From Carpediemonas membranifera BICM (taxonomy: Eukaryota > Protista > Fornicata): a DNA stretch of 64,000 bases. A program made the position numbers and the translations under genes. The stretch is taken from positions 397,200 through 461,199 of the forward strand of contig JAHDYR010000005.1 of NCBI GenBank assembly GCA_019828565.1, read 5' to 3'. The notes beneath the pieces were generated by a model that worked only from the letters and a program-made list of their open reading frames with translations, was not told the DNA's origin and did no database searches. Shown here piece by piece: positions 21,760 through 33,771 of this stretch. How positions within the stretch are numbered: position 1 is the stretch's first letter; the number at the start of each line of letters is the position of its first letter.

Positions 21760-24240
21760 ATGAGCGAGACCTCGCCGCCAGAGGAAGTAATTGCCGAGAA
21801 AACAGACCCATTAGTAGAACCACGTGAATCCCATGTTGAAGAACCGGCTCCTCAGACGCCGTCGGGTCCAAAGACTACGCTGGAGCACTCCTTGAGCTTC
21901 AGCGTTTCTTCAATACCATCTGAGGGCATTGATGAATCCCTACTCATTGACGGTGACTCGGAGCCTGAGCCCCAGTCCAGTGCCCCTGTCCCCAGGCCGT
22001 CTCATCTCCACCACAGCTTTGATGCCACCTCCCATGCCGAGCCAGGCGATCCCCTCGGTGTAGAAGGACGCACTGTGCCAGAGATCCCGCTGGACCTCCA
22101 GGTTCATGGCATTCCCGAGTTCTGGGACCGCCATGTGACGAATCAGCCCGCCATTGAGCCCAGCACCCCGGGCGGGGGTACCAAGCCGATAATGCTCACA
22201 GTTGTATTCCCTGACAAGGCCCACAAGCTCATCCCCGCGGACACTGCGATGACCGGGACCGAGCTGCTCGAGCTGGCGGCCGAGAAGGTCGGGCTCCGCT
22301 TCTGGCGGCTGTACTCTCTCCGCAAGGTGACAGACAGCCACCGCAGCCGAGGCCGCGGCTACGAACAGTTTGTGGACCTTGAGACATCCATCGGCTCCCA
22401 GGGCGTGACGACTGACATGTCGGTCGAGCTCACCATCCGAGACTTCATAATCCCCAAGGGCCTCTTCAGATACAAGCCCTCGGCCAAGGACACCCTCGCC
22501 TCAGACGAGCTGGCGGTGGAGTACTTGTACAACCTCGTCAAGGACAACATCATCTCTGGCCAATGGCCCATATCGGAGACGGACGCCGTGGACTTGGCGG
22601 CCAGACAGCTGCTCGTGGAGGTCGGCAGGTACGATCCGGTGTCACATACCGTCGGCTACCTCGACCGGCTCGATGTCACGAGCTACATCCCCAAGGCTCT
22701 GGGTCGACTGCTGCCGTCGGCTTACTGGCAGGGCAGGATTTTTACAAGGGCTGAGAGCATTCCTGATGCTGACAAGTTGGTCCACCGTATGTCATATATC
22801 CGCCATGCCGTATCCACTCCATATTTCGGGATCACCCTTTTCCACATGACTGATGTCACCCAAGCCTATTTACACAAGTCAGTGTATATCGGTACAGCCA
22901 TGGACGGATTGTTCGTATTTGACCCTGCCACCATGGTGCCGGCGTCTGAAATCAAGTGGGATCAGATCCTCTCTGTGGAAAACGGCTTTGCCCGCATGAA
23001 GATTGTCTACGAGTACACTGCCGGCCGGATCCCCGAGTCTCGCGAGCTGGTACTCGAAGAGAGTGACGGTGGCAACAGCGTCCATTTGTCGGGCTCGGCT
23101 CAGTCATTCAGGGCCTTCACTCCAGACCAGGCCGAGCTCGTCGCATGCCCGCCCTTCCGGTACTTCAAGATCCTCTCCAGGACTGCCTTGGGCGTTCTCA
23201 AGGGAGTGTACGTCAAGCGGGCGATGGAGAAGAAGCAGCCGCTGCTGTCTGACATCGTGAAGGCTATTGATATTGCAATTGACACCAAGGCTGAGCTCGA
23301 CAAGCTTTCTTTCGACCCCTCCGTCACGCCAAAGTCGTTTGAGCAGTTCATCCAGGCTGTCGAGGAGACTCAGACCATCATGGCGGTCGACCCGCATCTC
23401 AAGGACGATATCCGCGTGAGAACTCTGATTCTTGACCGCTGCAAGCTAACATATGAGTCGGCTCCCCTAATCAAACGTATCCTGCTCGCCCTAGATTCTG
23501 TTACGATCTTTAAGGTAATCAAGGTCCCCATCAGCAACAAAGGCGTCATGTCACTTGCACGCACCCTCGATGAGGTCCATGTGCTTGTTCTTGACACGGT
23601 CGACCTCGGGAACAAGGGGTGTGAGGCTCTCGCCAATGCCATGAAGTTGACGAGGACCGTGACTGAGCTGGTGCTCCCGAACAATCGGATCACTGACACG
23701 TCGCTCACTCGGCTGTCGGAGTGTATATTACTCTGCCCCCTAGCTAGATTGGATCTGTCCAATAACAGATTTACTGCTGCAGGGCTTGATGCAATCAGCT
23801 CGGCTGTGGCCCAGTGCACCTCTCTGACTGAGATGAGCATCGCCAACAACAGGCTCGGCGCCGCCTCTCTACCCGCGATCTTCCGATGCGTCAGCCACTC
23901 CGCATCGCTCTCGAAGGTCAATCTTTCCGGCAACCATCTCGGGCCAAGCATCATCGGTCACGTCACAGATATGGTCGATCTCAATCATGCCCGGATCAGA
24001 TCATGGGACCTTGCAAACAATGCTCTAGGCGATAAGGCCGCGCGTCAGGTGGCATTCATGCTCCGCAAGACCCTTGCGGAGGAGGTCATCATGGACAGCA
24101 ACGGTTTGAGTCAGGAAGGAATGACTGCCGTCGCTGAGAAGTTCGCAGAGAGCGAGCACATGGTATATCTCCAGATGTCTGGAAACAAGCGAGTCTCGGG
24201 TGGTCTCGTTGTCAGTCGGAAGATGATTGTTGTCACCTAG
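21760..24240 (+). CDS. FERM domain plus RNI-like leucine-rich-repeat protein
   Basis: FERM F1-F3 (LYNLVKDNIISGQWP..DAVDLAA, PYFGITLF) followed by LxLxxNxL/I repeats. Confidence 0.8.
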   Translation: MSETSPPEEVIAEKTDPLVEPRESHVEEPAPQTPSGPKTTLEHSLSFSVSSIPSEGIDESLLIDGDSEPEPQSSAPVPRPSHLHHSFDATSHAEPGDPLGVEGRTVPEIPLDLQVHGIPEFWDRHVTNQPAIEPSTPGGGTKPIMLTVVFPDKAHKLIPADTAMTGTELLELAAEKVGLRFWRLYSLRKVTDSHRSRGRGYEQFVDLETSIGSQGVTTDMSVELTIRDFIIPKGLFRYKPSAKDTLASDELAVEYLYNLVKDNIISGQWPISETDAVDLAARQLLVEVGRYDPVSHTVGYLDRLDVTSYIPKALGRLLPSAYWQGRIFTRAESIPDADKLVHRMSYIRHAVSTPYFGITLFHMTDVTQAYLHKSVYIGTAMDGLFVFDPATMVPASEIKWDQILSVENGFARMKIVYEYTAGRIPESRELVLEESDGGNSVHLSGSAQSFRAFTPDQAELVACPPFRYFKILSRTALGVLKGVYVKRAMEKKQPLLSDIVKAIDIAIDTKAELDKLSFDPSVTPKSFEQFIQAVEETQTIMAVDPHLKDDIRVRTLILDRCKLTYESAPLIKRILLALDSVTIFKVIKVPISNKGVMSLARTLDEVHVLVLDTVDLGNKGCEALANAMKLTRTVTELVLPNNRITDTSLTRLSECILLCPLARLDLSNNRFTAAGLDAISSAVAQCTSLTEMSIANNRLGAASLPAIFRCVSHSASLSKVNLSGNHLGPSIIGHVTDMVDLNHARIRSWDLANNALGDKAARQVAFMLRKTLAEEVIMDSNGLSQEGMTAVAEKFAESEHMVYLQMSGNKRVSGGLVVSRKMIVVT

Positions 24241-24689
24241 GCTGGTCATTTGTTGTAAACTATCGCGATGTCTCAGCGCCTTGGGGTGATTGTTACACGC
24301 TGAATCGCCCCTTGAAATCACGAGTTGGGATGCTCTGGACTAATGTCTGGCTGAAACGTCAGGGCTATTAGTGTACTATATGCACGGGTGTGGAATCCCC
24401 CTAAATGCATCAACTGATTGAGTTCTGAAAATGTCAGTTTTGACTTTTGCCACGCACCCGTCTGAAGAGCTACAGCCGGCACATCTCCTAGATGGTTAGG
24501 GCCTGGCTAGCCCTCGCGATCAAGCCAGTCCCAATCGAATTCAGCTAGGTGTCCGCACTTTGTTCGTTGGAGATTCAAAGGCCAACAGCCTGCACTAAGG
24601 AATAAGTGCAGAGCTTCTATCAGTCCAGAGGGACGGCTTCGGTCCTCTGTCCGGAGAGTTCAATGGTGCCAGTCAATTGGCAACGTTGG

Positions 24690-24995
24690 TCACAAGTGGG
24701 AGCTCTGTGACCGAGCTATCAAACTATCAGTAATGATGTTCACTTTGGTTGCTATCGTCTCAATAGACGTAGTTGCGGGGTCAGCAAGAACGGTCTTGAT
24801 CTCGGCGTGAATAGCACGCAGGTGCGAGAATTCCTTTGTGACGGCCGGGATCTTAGAAGGCTTTCGAGTGTCCTCGGCATTGGTCCGAACGTCCTCAACA
24901 GACTCAACAAGGCTTGCAATTGTCTCAGCCTGAGTCTTGACGAGCTCCTCGAGTTGGAGGAGCTTACTGGCTGCGTCTTGCTCGTCGTCAGCCAT
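24690..24995 (-). CDS. Orphan gag-like ORF1 ('X'), without pol or YR
   Basis: KLLQLEELVKTQAETI resembles D ORF1 RIEKLERLVKIQSEAI. Its ATG lies within repeat R, as ORF1 starts do in the F-family A repeat. Confidence 0.5.
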   Translation of the reverse strand: MADDEQDAASKLLQLEELVKTQAETIASLVESVEDVRTNAEDTRKPSKIPAVTKEFSHLRAIHAEIKTVLADPATTSIETIATKVNIITDSLIARSQSSHL

Positions 24996-25196
24996 TTCCA
25001 GGGATGTGCCGAACAGGGGAGGTTTTTCCCCCTTGGTTAAATTGGCTTAAACGTCCCAGGTCACCAGCCGAATATTTTCCCCGAATCTAGAAGATTCTCC
25101 CGAATCTTTTGGGTTTGGGTCCGGGTGATCGGCACCCCACTCGGACCCTTGTGGACCGCGCCCCAAGGCGCACTGTGTCTACGTCAACGACGGTAC
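24973..25196. repeat. About 224-bp direct repeat R, copy 1 (others at 29058-29281 and 33144-33366)
   Basis: Near-identical sequence at 4085/4086-bp spacing; copy 3 has a few substitutions. Confidence 0.95.
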
Positions 25197-28100
25197 CCGA
25201 CCGTCTGGTCGACGATAATCGATTATTCCAATTGATTCAATCAAATTTACTACCTGGGTTGGCCGAATATCGCTGCCCCTCCTTCGCTCTCTGTCCTGCT
25301 ACTGTTGAACGAGCGCCGCAAGGCTCTCAACCGTTATCGGAGGTGGATCCTCGGCCATCAGGTTCTGCTGGTAGGTGATACGATTTGGTCCTGTTGATTC
25401 CTCTTGACTCGTATCATCTCTGGTCTATCAAATAAATATTTTGTCGATCTCAAGAATCTTCTCGGTATCGCCGAGATAGATCTCGCGCGGACTCCGACCC
25501 AGCAGTGTCAGTGTCCACTCTACACCACGCCCGAGGCGTGACTATCTACATATCGATGATATGCCGTCTGTCGGGCAGACAGTGGGTATGTCTATAAATG
25601 TATAACCCTGGGGCATCCCGGACACCAACAACTCTTCTGGAATCCCTGTTTATCGCGACCTCTCTCAGTCCACGCGATCGCCAGATGCTGCTCTCATGAC
25701 CAGTGCTTGGCAGGTTTTGTATGTGGAGTGCCAGCCACCAGGCTGGGTCTAGTGGGTGTCCCGGCACGGACGGCACCAGCTTTCGCACGTCCCTGCGGTG
25801 GGTCTTAGTCGTTCTGATCGTGATGACGATGCCTCTGGACCCTGCTGGCTTGACGTCGGCGCACCTCAGGGCGAACACCTCACCTGGCCTGGACGTTGTC
25901 GAGTACGCCGTAAGCGCGAATGCGAACGCTTGTACCCGTGTCCGTGAGATTGGACCCGCAGTGGTGGCCTCCATCAGAGCTCTGCGGAACAAGGCTAGGC
26001 GGATCGGTGGGGCCTGCCCGATGGGGTTACCGAGGGCGCCCTTGGCGGCCTCCTTGGCAATGCGCTCGAAATGTAGGGGCAACTGGAGACCAAGGAGCTC
26101 AGGCCCTGTCGTGGCGATGATGCGGGCCTTGCGCATGATTGTCGCCTCACTACACGACTCTCGTTGTTGTTGGACCCACCCGAACACCTGCGCGTTGGAC
26201 GGATGATACGAAGCGGTTGCCGCGAAGTTCAGAACTGTACCGGCGATGTGTCTCTTGTACTGGCTGGACAGTCCTCCGAGGCGGGCATGAGTGATGATGC
26301 GTTCGAATCTCTCAGCCGGAACGCCAGAGCCATAAGTCTGACGGAGCAATCCTCTCTTGCTGTCTTCTCCAGCTCCGTTCCGTCGAAGGTGCCGGGGGGC
26401 AGACGGAAATAAAGACGATGGGGCGTCAGACGCTTGAGGGCCAGGACCGGGGACGACGTGATGTCCGGCAGGATGACGGCCATGGATGGCCATCTGTTGG
26501 GGTCTCCTGAGTGCGACGGGGCGCTGATGGATGCGATCTTGGACAGCACCGCCGGTATGAGGGCCCACGGAGGGGCGGCATAGACGCGCAGTCCCTCCCA
26601 TCGAGAGGCCAAGCCGTCCTGGGCGCGGGTTAGTGGTAGTAGCGGCTTGGCGGCGACCTGCAGCACCTTGTTCTCCGTGGCCGTGACGTCGAGCTGCAGG
26701 GTGCCCCACTTGTCGACAATGTGGTTGAGAACCCGCTGAGGCGTCTCCCACTGGACCCTTTCGAGTCGGGAGAGCCTGTCGGCTTGCACATTCAGGTGGC
26801 CTGAGACGTGCACAGCCCGGAGGAGCAGGCCTCTCTTCCTGAGGGCCGGAAGCAAGAAGTGGAGTTCCTCTAGGACCGCTATGGGGCAACGGGACGACCC
26901 CTGCTTGTTGAACCACGATACTGTTGGCGTTGAGTCCGAAAACAGCCGGATCTCGCGGTTCTTCACTGAGGACGTCGACAGGATGTGCCGAATGGCGCCT
27001 GAAGCTGCAAAGAACTCCAGTTCTGTGATGTGACGACCTGTATGTGCTTGAAATGGGACAGAAATTGCCGTGCTCCGCCCATCGATGCGGATCACCGCAC
27101 CCGCGGCGAAAGTCGACGCATCTGAGGTTATTGTGATGTCTAAGTTCTCTCTGGTGCCCCATATAGCCAATAGTTCCTTGAACTGACGCGGAGAACCGTC
27201 GTGTAGGAGCTGGCGCCAATGTTGAAGCGCATCGCGCTGCTCTTTGGGGGAATGACTCGATGGGAGTTGGTGGCCGCCCAGGACTGGAGGTGGCGGAGCC
27301 ACAGTCGTCCTTCCGGGATCGCCACTGCTGCGAAGGAGAGATTGCCGACGAGCCGCTTCCACTATGTGGCCGATGATCCACGGTTGAGGGCATCGTCGAT
27401 CCTGGAGATGTACTTGGCGGCCTTCGACGGCTCCACCATGATCGTGCGTCGTGCTGCATCGATCAGCATGCCGAGGAAGACCGTGCTGTCTACCGGCTGG
27501 AGCTCTGACTTCGCGAGGTTCAGGATAAGGCCGAGTCGCTGGAGGAAGGAGACTATGAGCGGAATTGTCTCCTTGAGATGTCCGTGCGGTGCCATGAACG
27601 CCCAGTCGTCTAGATAGACGACTATCTTCACGCTGAAGCGAGCAGCTACCATCCTTGCGGCCTCCAGCATGATTTGCTGAAAGTGAAACGGGGCGGCAGC
27701 CCATCCGAACGGCAGCACGCGGAATGCGTACGGCCTCCAATCCACAACAAAGCCTAGGAGAGTTGAATCGCTCGGCCGTACACCGACTTGCCAGTACCCG
27801 GATTTCAAATCCAACCGAGCCAGGCTGTCGCCTTCCGTCAGTAGGTGCACTACGCGCTTCACTCCGTGGAGCCGGAACGTCCTGGTCTCCGACGTCACGC
27901 TGTTGAGGGGTCTCAGATCGTGGATCAACCTCGTGTCCGACTCTCCTTTCGCCACTAAGAATATCGGACAGATCAGCGCGGGGCTGCGGAACGGCACAGC
28001 AGCTCCTGTGCCCAAGAGCTCCTTCAGATGGCGTCTGAAGACGGGCCTGTCGGCCGGGCGAGGTGGTGGGATGCGGGGCTTCTCCGCTGGTCCGAGGATG

Positions 28101-29057
28101 TCGACGGGAACGCCTTCCCGGATCCACTTGACCACCTCCGATCGCGCGCCCAAGTCTTTCCAGACCTGGGCATTTGTGATGGACGGGAAGCGGAGCGGCG
28201 CTGGCGCGGACCGGGGCAGAAGTGGCTCGGGCGGGGGTGGGGGAGGTGTCGGAGGAGCGGGGGGAGGAGGTGAGAGAGGAGAAAGCTGGAGAGGGAGAGG
28301 GGAGAGAGAGGGGGCGGGGGGAGAGGGATTCGTTTTCTTTTCACAATTACTCGGCGCGTCGGCCGCTTCGTTTCGGTCGAGGGCGCGACTGAAAAGCCGT
28401 TCGTTCTCTCTGCTTGTCACCCAGGCGGGGAATCTTACTCAGGGTCGTCAGTATCTTCTCCTCGATACGCGACTCGGGGATCTCGGGCGTGGTTGAGAGT
28501 AGGGCTTCCGTGGCCGTCTCTACGGCCAGACCAACGTGGAAGCCGTAGCGGTCCTTGATTGCAAGGGCCCGCTGGCGCGCGAAGAGGCGATTAAGCACCT
28601 CGGTCGAGGATGCGGCGGCGTCGAAACGGATTGTTCGGTAGAGGCGCTGGATAAATTGCCACTCGTTTCTCATTGAGTCTGAGTGCGGCGGATGCCAGCT
28701 CACTGCGCGCCGCTCATCCTCTAGGTTCGTCACTGTAGCTCTCAACTGGTTAACGGTTGCTTGGAGCTGCTCTACGACCTTCTGTTCCTCGGGAATCTCG
28801 TCTTGTTGGTCCTGAACGTCGATCTGCTCCTCGTTGTTGGCCGGATTCTCCATGTGCTTGTAGGTTCGAAGTGTCCTCGCAAACTGGCGGCGAATTGATC
28901 TGATCCTGATCCGATTTGCTCTAATCAATCGCACTCGATCACTAAATCACACAACCCCTACGTCGTACTGGGGGCGCGTGCCCAGCACGACTGTTAGTCG
29001 ACAACAGTCGAAGTCTCCAATTGATCTAATCAAATTTATACTCCTGGATCAGGCTGA
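24973..29057 (-). mobile_element. YR retrotransposon family A, copy 1 (defective)
   Basis: ORF1 28347-28853; pol about 26229-28390 with in-frame TAG at 27362; YR ends at 25546 and lacks the C-terminal W/Y motifs. Confidence 0.9.
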
Positions 29058-32000
29058 GCGTCTTGCTCGTCGTCAGCCATTTCCAGGGATGTGCCGAACA
29101 GGGGAGGTTTTTCCCCCTTGGTTAAATTGGCTTAAACGTCCCAGGTCACCAGCCGAATATTTTCCCCGAATCTAGAAGATTCTCCCGAATCTTTTGGGTT
29201 TGGGTCCGGGTGATCGGCACCCCACTCGGACCCTTGTGGACCGCGCCCCAAGGCGCACTGTGTCTACGTCAACGACGGTACCCGACCGTCTGGTCGACGA
29301 TAATCGATTATTCCAATTGATTCAATCAAATTTACTACCTGGGTTGGCCGAATATCGCTGCCCCTCCTTCGCTCTCTGTCCTGCTACTGTTGAACGAGCG
29401 CCGCAAGGCTCTCAACCGTTATCGGAGGTGGATCCTCGGCCATCAGGTTCTGCTGGTAGGTGATACGATTTGGTCCTGTTGATTCCTCTTGACTCGTATC
29501 ATCTCTGGTCTATCAAATAAATATTTTGTCGATCTCAAGAATCTTCTCGGTATCGCCGAGATAGATCTCGCGCGGACTCCGACCCAGCAGTGTCAGTGTC
29601 CACTCTACACCACGCCCGAGGCGTGACTATCTACATATCGATGATATGCCGTCTGTCGGGCAGACAGTGGGTATGTCTATAAATGTATAACCCTGGGGCA
29701 TCCCGGACACCAACAACTCTTCTGGAATCCCTGTTTATCGCGACCTCTCTCAGTCCACGCGATCGCCAGATGCTGCTCTCATGACCAGTGCTTGGCAGGT
29801 TTTGTATGTGGAGTGCCAGCCACCAGGCTGGGTCTAGTGGGTGTCCCGGCACGGACGGCACCAGCTTTCGCACGTCCCTGCGGTGGGTCTTAGTCGTTCT
29901 GATCGTGATGACGATGCCTCTGGACCCTGCTGGCTTGACGTCGGCGCACCTCAGGGCGAACACCTCACCTGGCCTGGACGTTGTCGAGTACGCCGTAAGC
30001 GCGAATGCGAACGCTTGTACCCGTGTCCGTGAGATTGGACCCGCAGTGGTGGCCTCCATCAGAGCTCTGCGGAACAAGGCTAGGCGGATCGGTGGGGCCT
30101 GCCCGATGGGGTTACCGAGGGCGCCCTTGGCGGCCTCCTTGGCAATGCGCTCGAAATGTAGGGGCAACTGGAGACCAAGGAGCTCAGGCCCTGTCGTGGC
30201 GATGATGCGGGCCTTGCGCATGATTGTCGCCTCACTACACGACTCTCGTTGTTGTTGGACCCACCCGAACACCTGCGCGTTGGACGGATGATACGAAGCG
30301 GTTGCCGCGAAGTTCAGAACTGTACCGGCGATGTGTCTCTTGTACTGGCTGGACAGTCCTCCGAGGCGGGCATGAGTGATGATGCGTTCGAATCTCTCAG
30401 CCGGAACGCCAGAGCCATAAGTCTGACGGAGCAATCCTCTCTTGCTGTCTTCTCCAGCTCCGTTCCGTCGAAGGTGCCGGGGGGCAGACGGAAATAAAGA
30501 CGATGGGGCGTCAGACGCTTGAGGGCCAGGACCGGGGACGACGTGATGTCCGGCAGGATGACGGCCATGGATGGCCATCTGTTGGGGTCTCCTGAGTGCG
30601 ACGGGGCGCTGATGGATGCGATCTTGGACAGCACCGCCGGTATGAGGGCCCACGGAGGGGCGGCATAGACGCGCAGTCCCTCCCATCGAGAGGCCAAGCC
30701 GTCCTGGGCGCGGGTTAGTGGTAGTAGCGGCTTGGCGGCGACCTGCAGCACCTTGTTCTCCGTGGCCGTGACGTCGAGCTGCAGGGTGCCCCACTTGTCG
30801 ACAATGTGGTTGAGAACCCGCTGAGGCGTCTCCCACTGGACCCTTTCGAGTCGGAGAGCCTGTCGGCTTGCACATTCAGGTGGCCTGAGACGTGCACAGC
30901 CCGGAGGAGCAGGCCTCTCTTCCTGAGGGCCGGAAGCAAGAAGTGGAGTTCCTCTAGGACCGCTATGGGGCAACGGGACGACCCCTGCTTGTTGAACCAC
31001 GATACTGTTGGCGTTGAGTCCGAAAACAGCCGGATCTCGCGGTTCTTCACTGAGGACGTCGACAGGATGTGCCGAATGGCGCCTGAAGCTGCAAAGAACT
31101 CCAGTTCTGTGATGTGACGACCTGTATGTGCTTGAAATGGGACAGAAATTGCCGTGCTCCGCCCATCGATGCGGATCACCGCACCCGCGGCGAAAGTCGA
31201 CGCATCTGAGGTTATTGTGATGTCTAAGTTCTCTCTGGTGCCCCATATAGCCAATAGTTCCTTGAACTGACGCGGAGAACCGTCGTGTAGGAGCTGGCGC
31301 CAATGTTGAAGCGCATCGCGCTGCTCTTTGGGGGGAATGACTCGATGGGAGTTGGTGGCCGCCCAGGACTGGAGGTGGCGGAGCCACAGTCGTCCTTCCG
31401 GGATCGCCACTGCTGCGAAGGAGAGATTGCCGACGAGCCGCTTCCACTATGTGGCCGATGATCCACGGTTGAGGGCATCGTCGATCCTGGAGATGTACTT
31501 GGCGGCCTTCGACGGCTCCACCATGATCGTGCGTCGTGCTGCATCGATCAGCATGCCGAGGAAGACCGTGCTGTCTACCGGCTGGAGCTCTGACTTCGCG
31601 AGGTTCAGGATAAGGCCGAGTCGCTGGAGGAAGGAGACTATGAGCGGAATTGTCTCCTTGAGATGTCCGTGCGGTGCCATGAACGCCCAGTCGTCTAGAT
31701 AGACGACTATCTTCACGCTGAAGCGAGCAGCTACCATCCTTGCGGCCTCCAGCATGATTTGCTGAAAGTGAAACGGGGCGGCAGCCCATCCGAACGGCAG
31801 CACGCGGAATGCGTACGGCCTCCAATTCACAACAAAGCCTAGGAGAGTTGAATCGCTCGGCCGTACACCGACTTGCCAGTACCCGGATTTCAAATCCAAC
31901 CGAGCCAGGCTGTCGCCTTCCGTCAGTAGGTGCACTACGCGCTTCACTCCGTGGAGCCGGAACGTCCTGGTCTCCGACGTCACGCTGTTGAGGGGTCTCA

Positions 32001-33143
32001 GATCGTGGATCAACCTCGTGTCCGACTCTCCTTTCGCCACTAAGAATATCGGACAGATCAGCGCGGGGCTGCGGAACGGCACAGCAGCTCCTGTGCCCAA
32101 GAGCTCCTTCAGATGGCGTCTGAAGACGGGCCTGTCGGCCGGGCGAGGTGGTGGGATGCGGGGCTTCTCCGCTGGTCCGAGGATGTCGACGGGAACGCCT
32201 TCCCGGATCCACTTGACCACCTCCGATCGCGCGCCCAAGTCTTTCCAGACCTGGGCATTTGTGATGGACGGGAAGCGGAGCGGCGCTGGCGCGGACCGGG
32301 GCAGAAGTGGCTCGGGCGGGGGTGGGGGAGGTGTCGGAGGAGCGGGGGAGGAGGTGAGAGAGGAGAAAGCTGGAGAGGGGAGAGGGGAGAGAGAGGGGGC
32401 GGGGGGAGAGGGATTCGTTTTCTTTTCACAATTACTCGGCGCGTCGGCCGCTTCGTTTCGGTCGAGGGCGCGACTGAAAAAGCCGTTCGTTCTCTCTGCT
32501 TGTCACCCAGGCGGGGAATCTTACTCAGGGTCGTCAGTATCTTCTCCTCGATACGCGACTCGGGGATCTCGGGCGTGGTTGAGAGTAGGGCTTCCGTGGC
32601 CGTCTCTACGGCCAGACCAACGTGGAAGCCGTAGCGGTCCTTGATTGCAAGGGCCCGCTGGCGCGCGAAGAGGCGATTAAGCACCTCGGTCGAGGATGCG
32701 GCGGCGTCGAAACGGATTGTTCGGTAGAGGCGCTGGATAAATTGCCACTCGTTTCTCATTGAGTCTGAGTGCGGCGGATGCCAGCTCACTGCGCGCCGCT
32801 CATCCTCTAGGTTCGTCACTGTAGCTCTCAACTGGTTAACGGTTGCTTGGAGCTGCTCTACGACCTTCTGTTCCTCGGGAATCTCGTCTTGTTGGTCCTG
32901 AACGTCGATCTGCTCCTCGTTGTTGGCCGGATTCTCCATGTGCTTGTAGGTTCGAAGTGTCCTCGCAAACTGGCGGCGAATTGATCTGATCCTGATCCGA
33001 TTTGCTCTAATCAATCGCACTCGATCACTAAATCACACAACCCCTACGTCGTACTGGGGGCGCGTGCCCAGCACGACTGTTAGTCGACAACAGTCGAAGT
33101 CTCCAATTGATCTAATCAAATTTATACTCCTGGATCAGGCTGA
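29058..33143 (-). mobile_element. YR retrotransposon family A, copy 2 (tandem duplicate)
   Basis: Nearly identical to copy 1; differs mainly at homopolymers and shares the TAG (31447) and the truncated YR. Confidence 0.9.
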
Positions 33144-33771
33144 GCGTCTTGCTCGTCGTCAGCCATTTCCAGGGATGTGCCGAACAGGGGAGGTTTTCCC
33201 CCTTGGTTAAATTGGCTTAAACGTCCCAGGTCACCAGCCGAATATTTTCCACGATGCTAGAAGATTCTCCCGAATCTTTTGGGTTTGGGTCCGGGTGATC
33301 GGCACCCCACTCGGACCCTTGTGGACCGCGCCCCAAGGCGCACTGTGTCTACGTCTACGACGGTACGCAGTCAGACAGGCTGACGATTCGGTAGACTCCG
33401 TCCATTCCCACAGGGAACCAGTCGCCGCCCAAGCGATTGCAGCCGATCGGTGCACTTTAAGACACTCTCGATGTCTTTCATGCAAGTTGTGCCCCGGCTG
33501 CAATTCATTGCATATGCCAACACAAAGAGCTCAAAACGAGGTCTGTAGCCCTCAACGGCGCTTCGTTGAGGAGTTCTAGCGATTTTTCACTTTTGTTGCG
33601 CAATTTCTTCATCTGATGCGCAATTATTGAACCATCGAGCCTAAAAGAGACTCTAAAGCCTTAACGGCTTCCAAATAGCCAATATCACCTTGTCCATCAA
33701 GGTTTATGATTAGCCTCACTAAGGCCCACAATCATACCCCTCGCAGCCACTCCTCAATGGCTTTGAGGGGC

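Noticed and set aside
24460-24480. Hammerhead ribozyme core (CTGAAGAG; also CTGAGGAG on the minus strand near 46222-46229)
   Set aside because: No stem II followed by GAAA at a suitable distance.
26760-32480. Programmed frameshifts inside family A pol
   Set aside because: The two copies have complementary indels at G and A homopolymers, typical of long-read consensus error.
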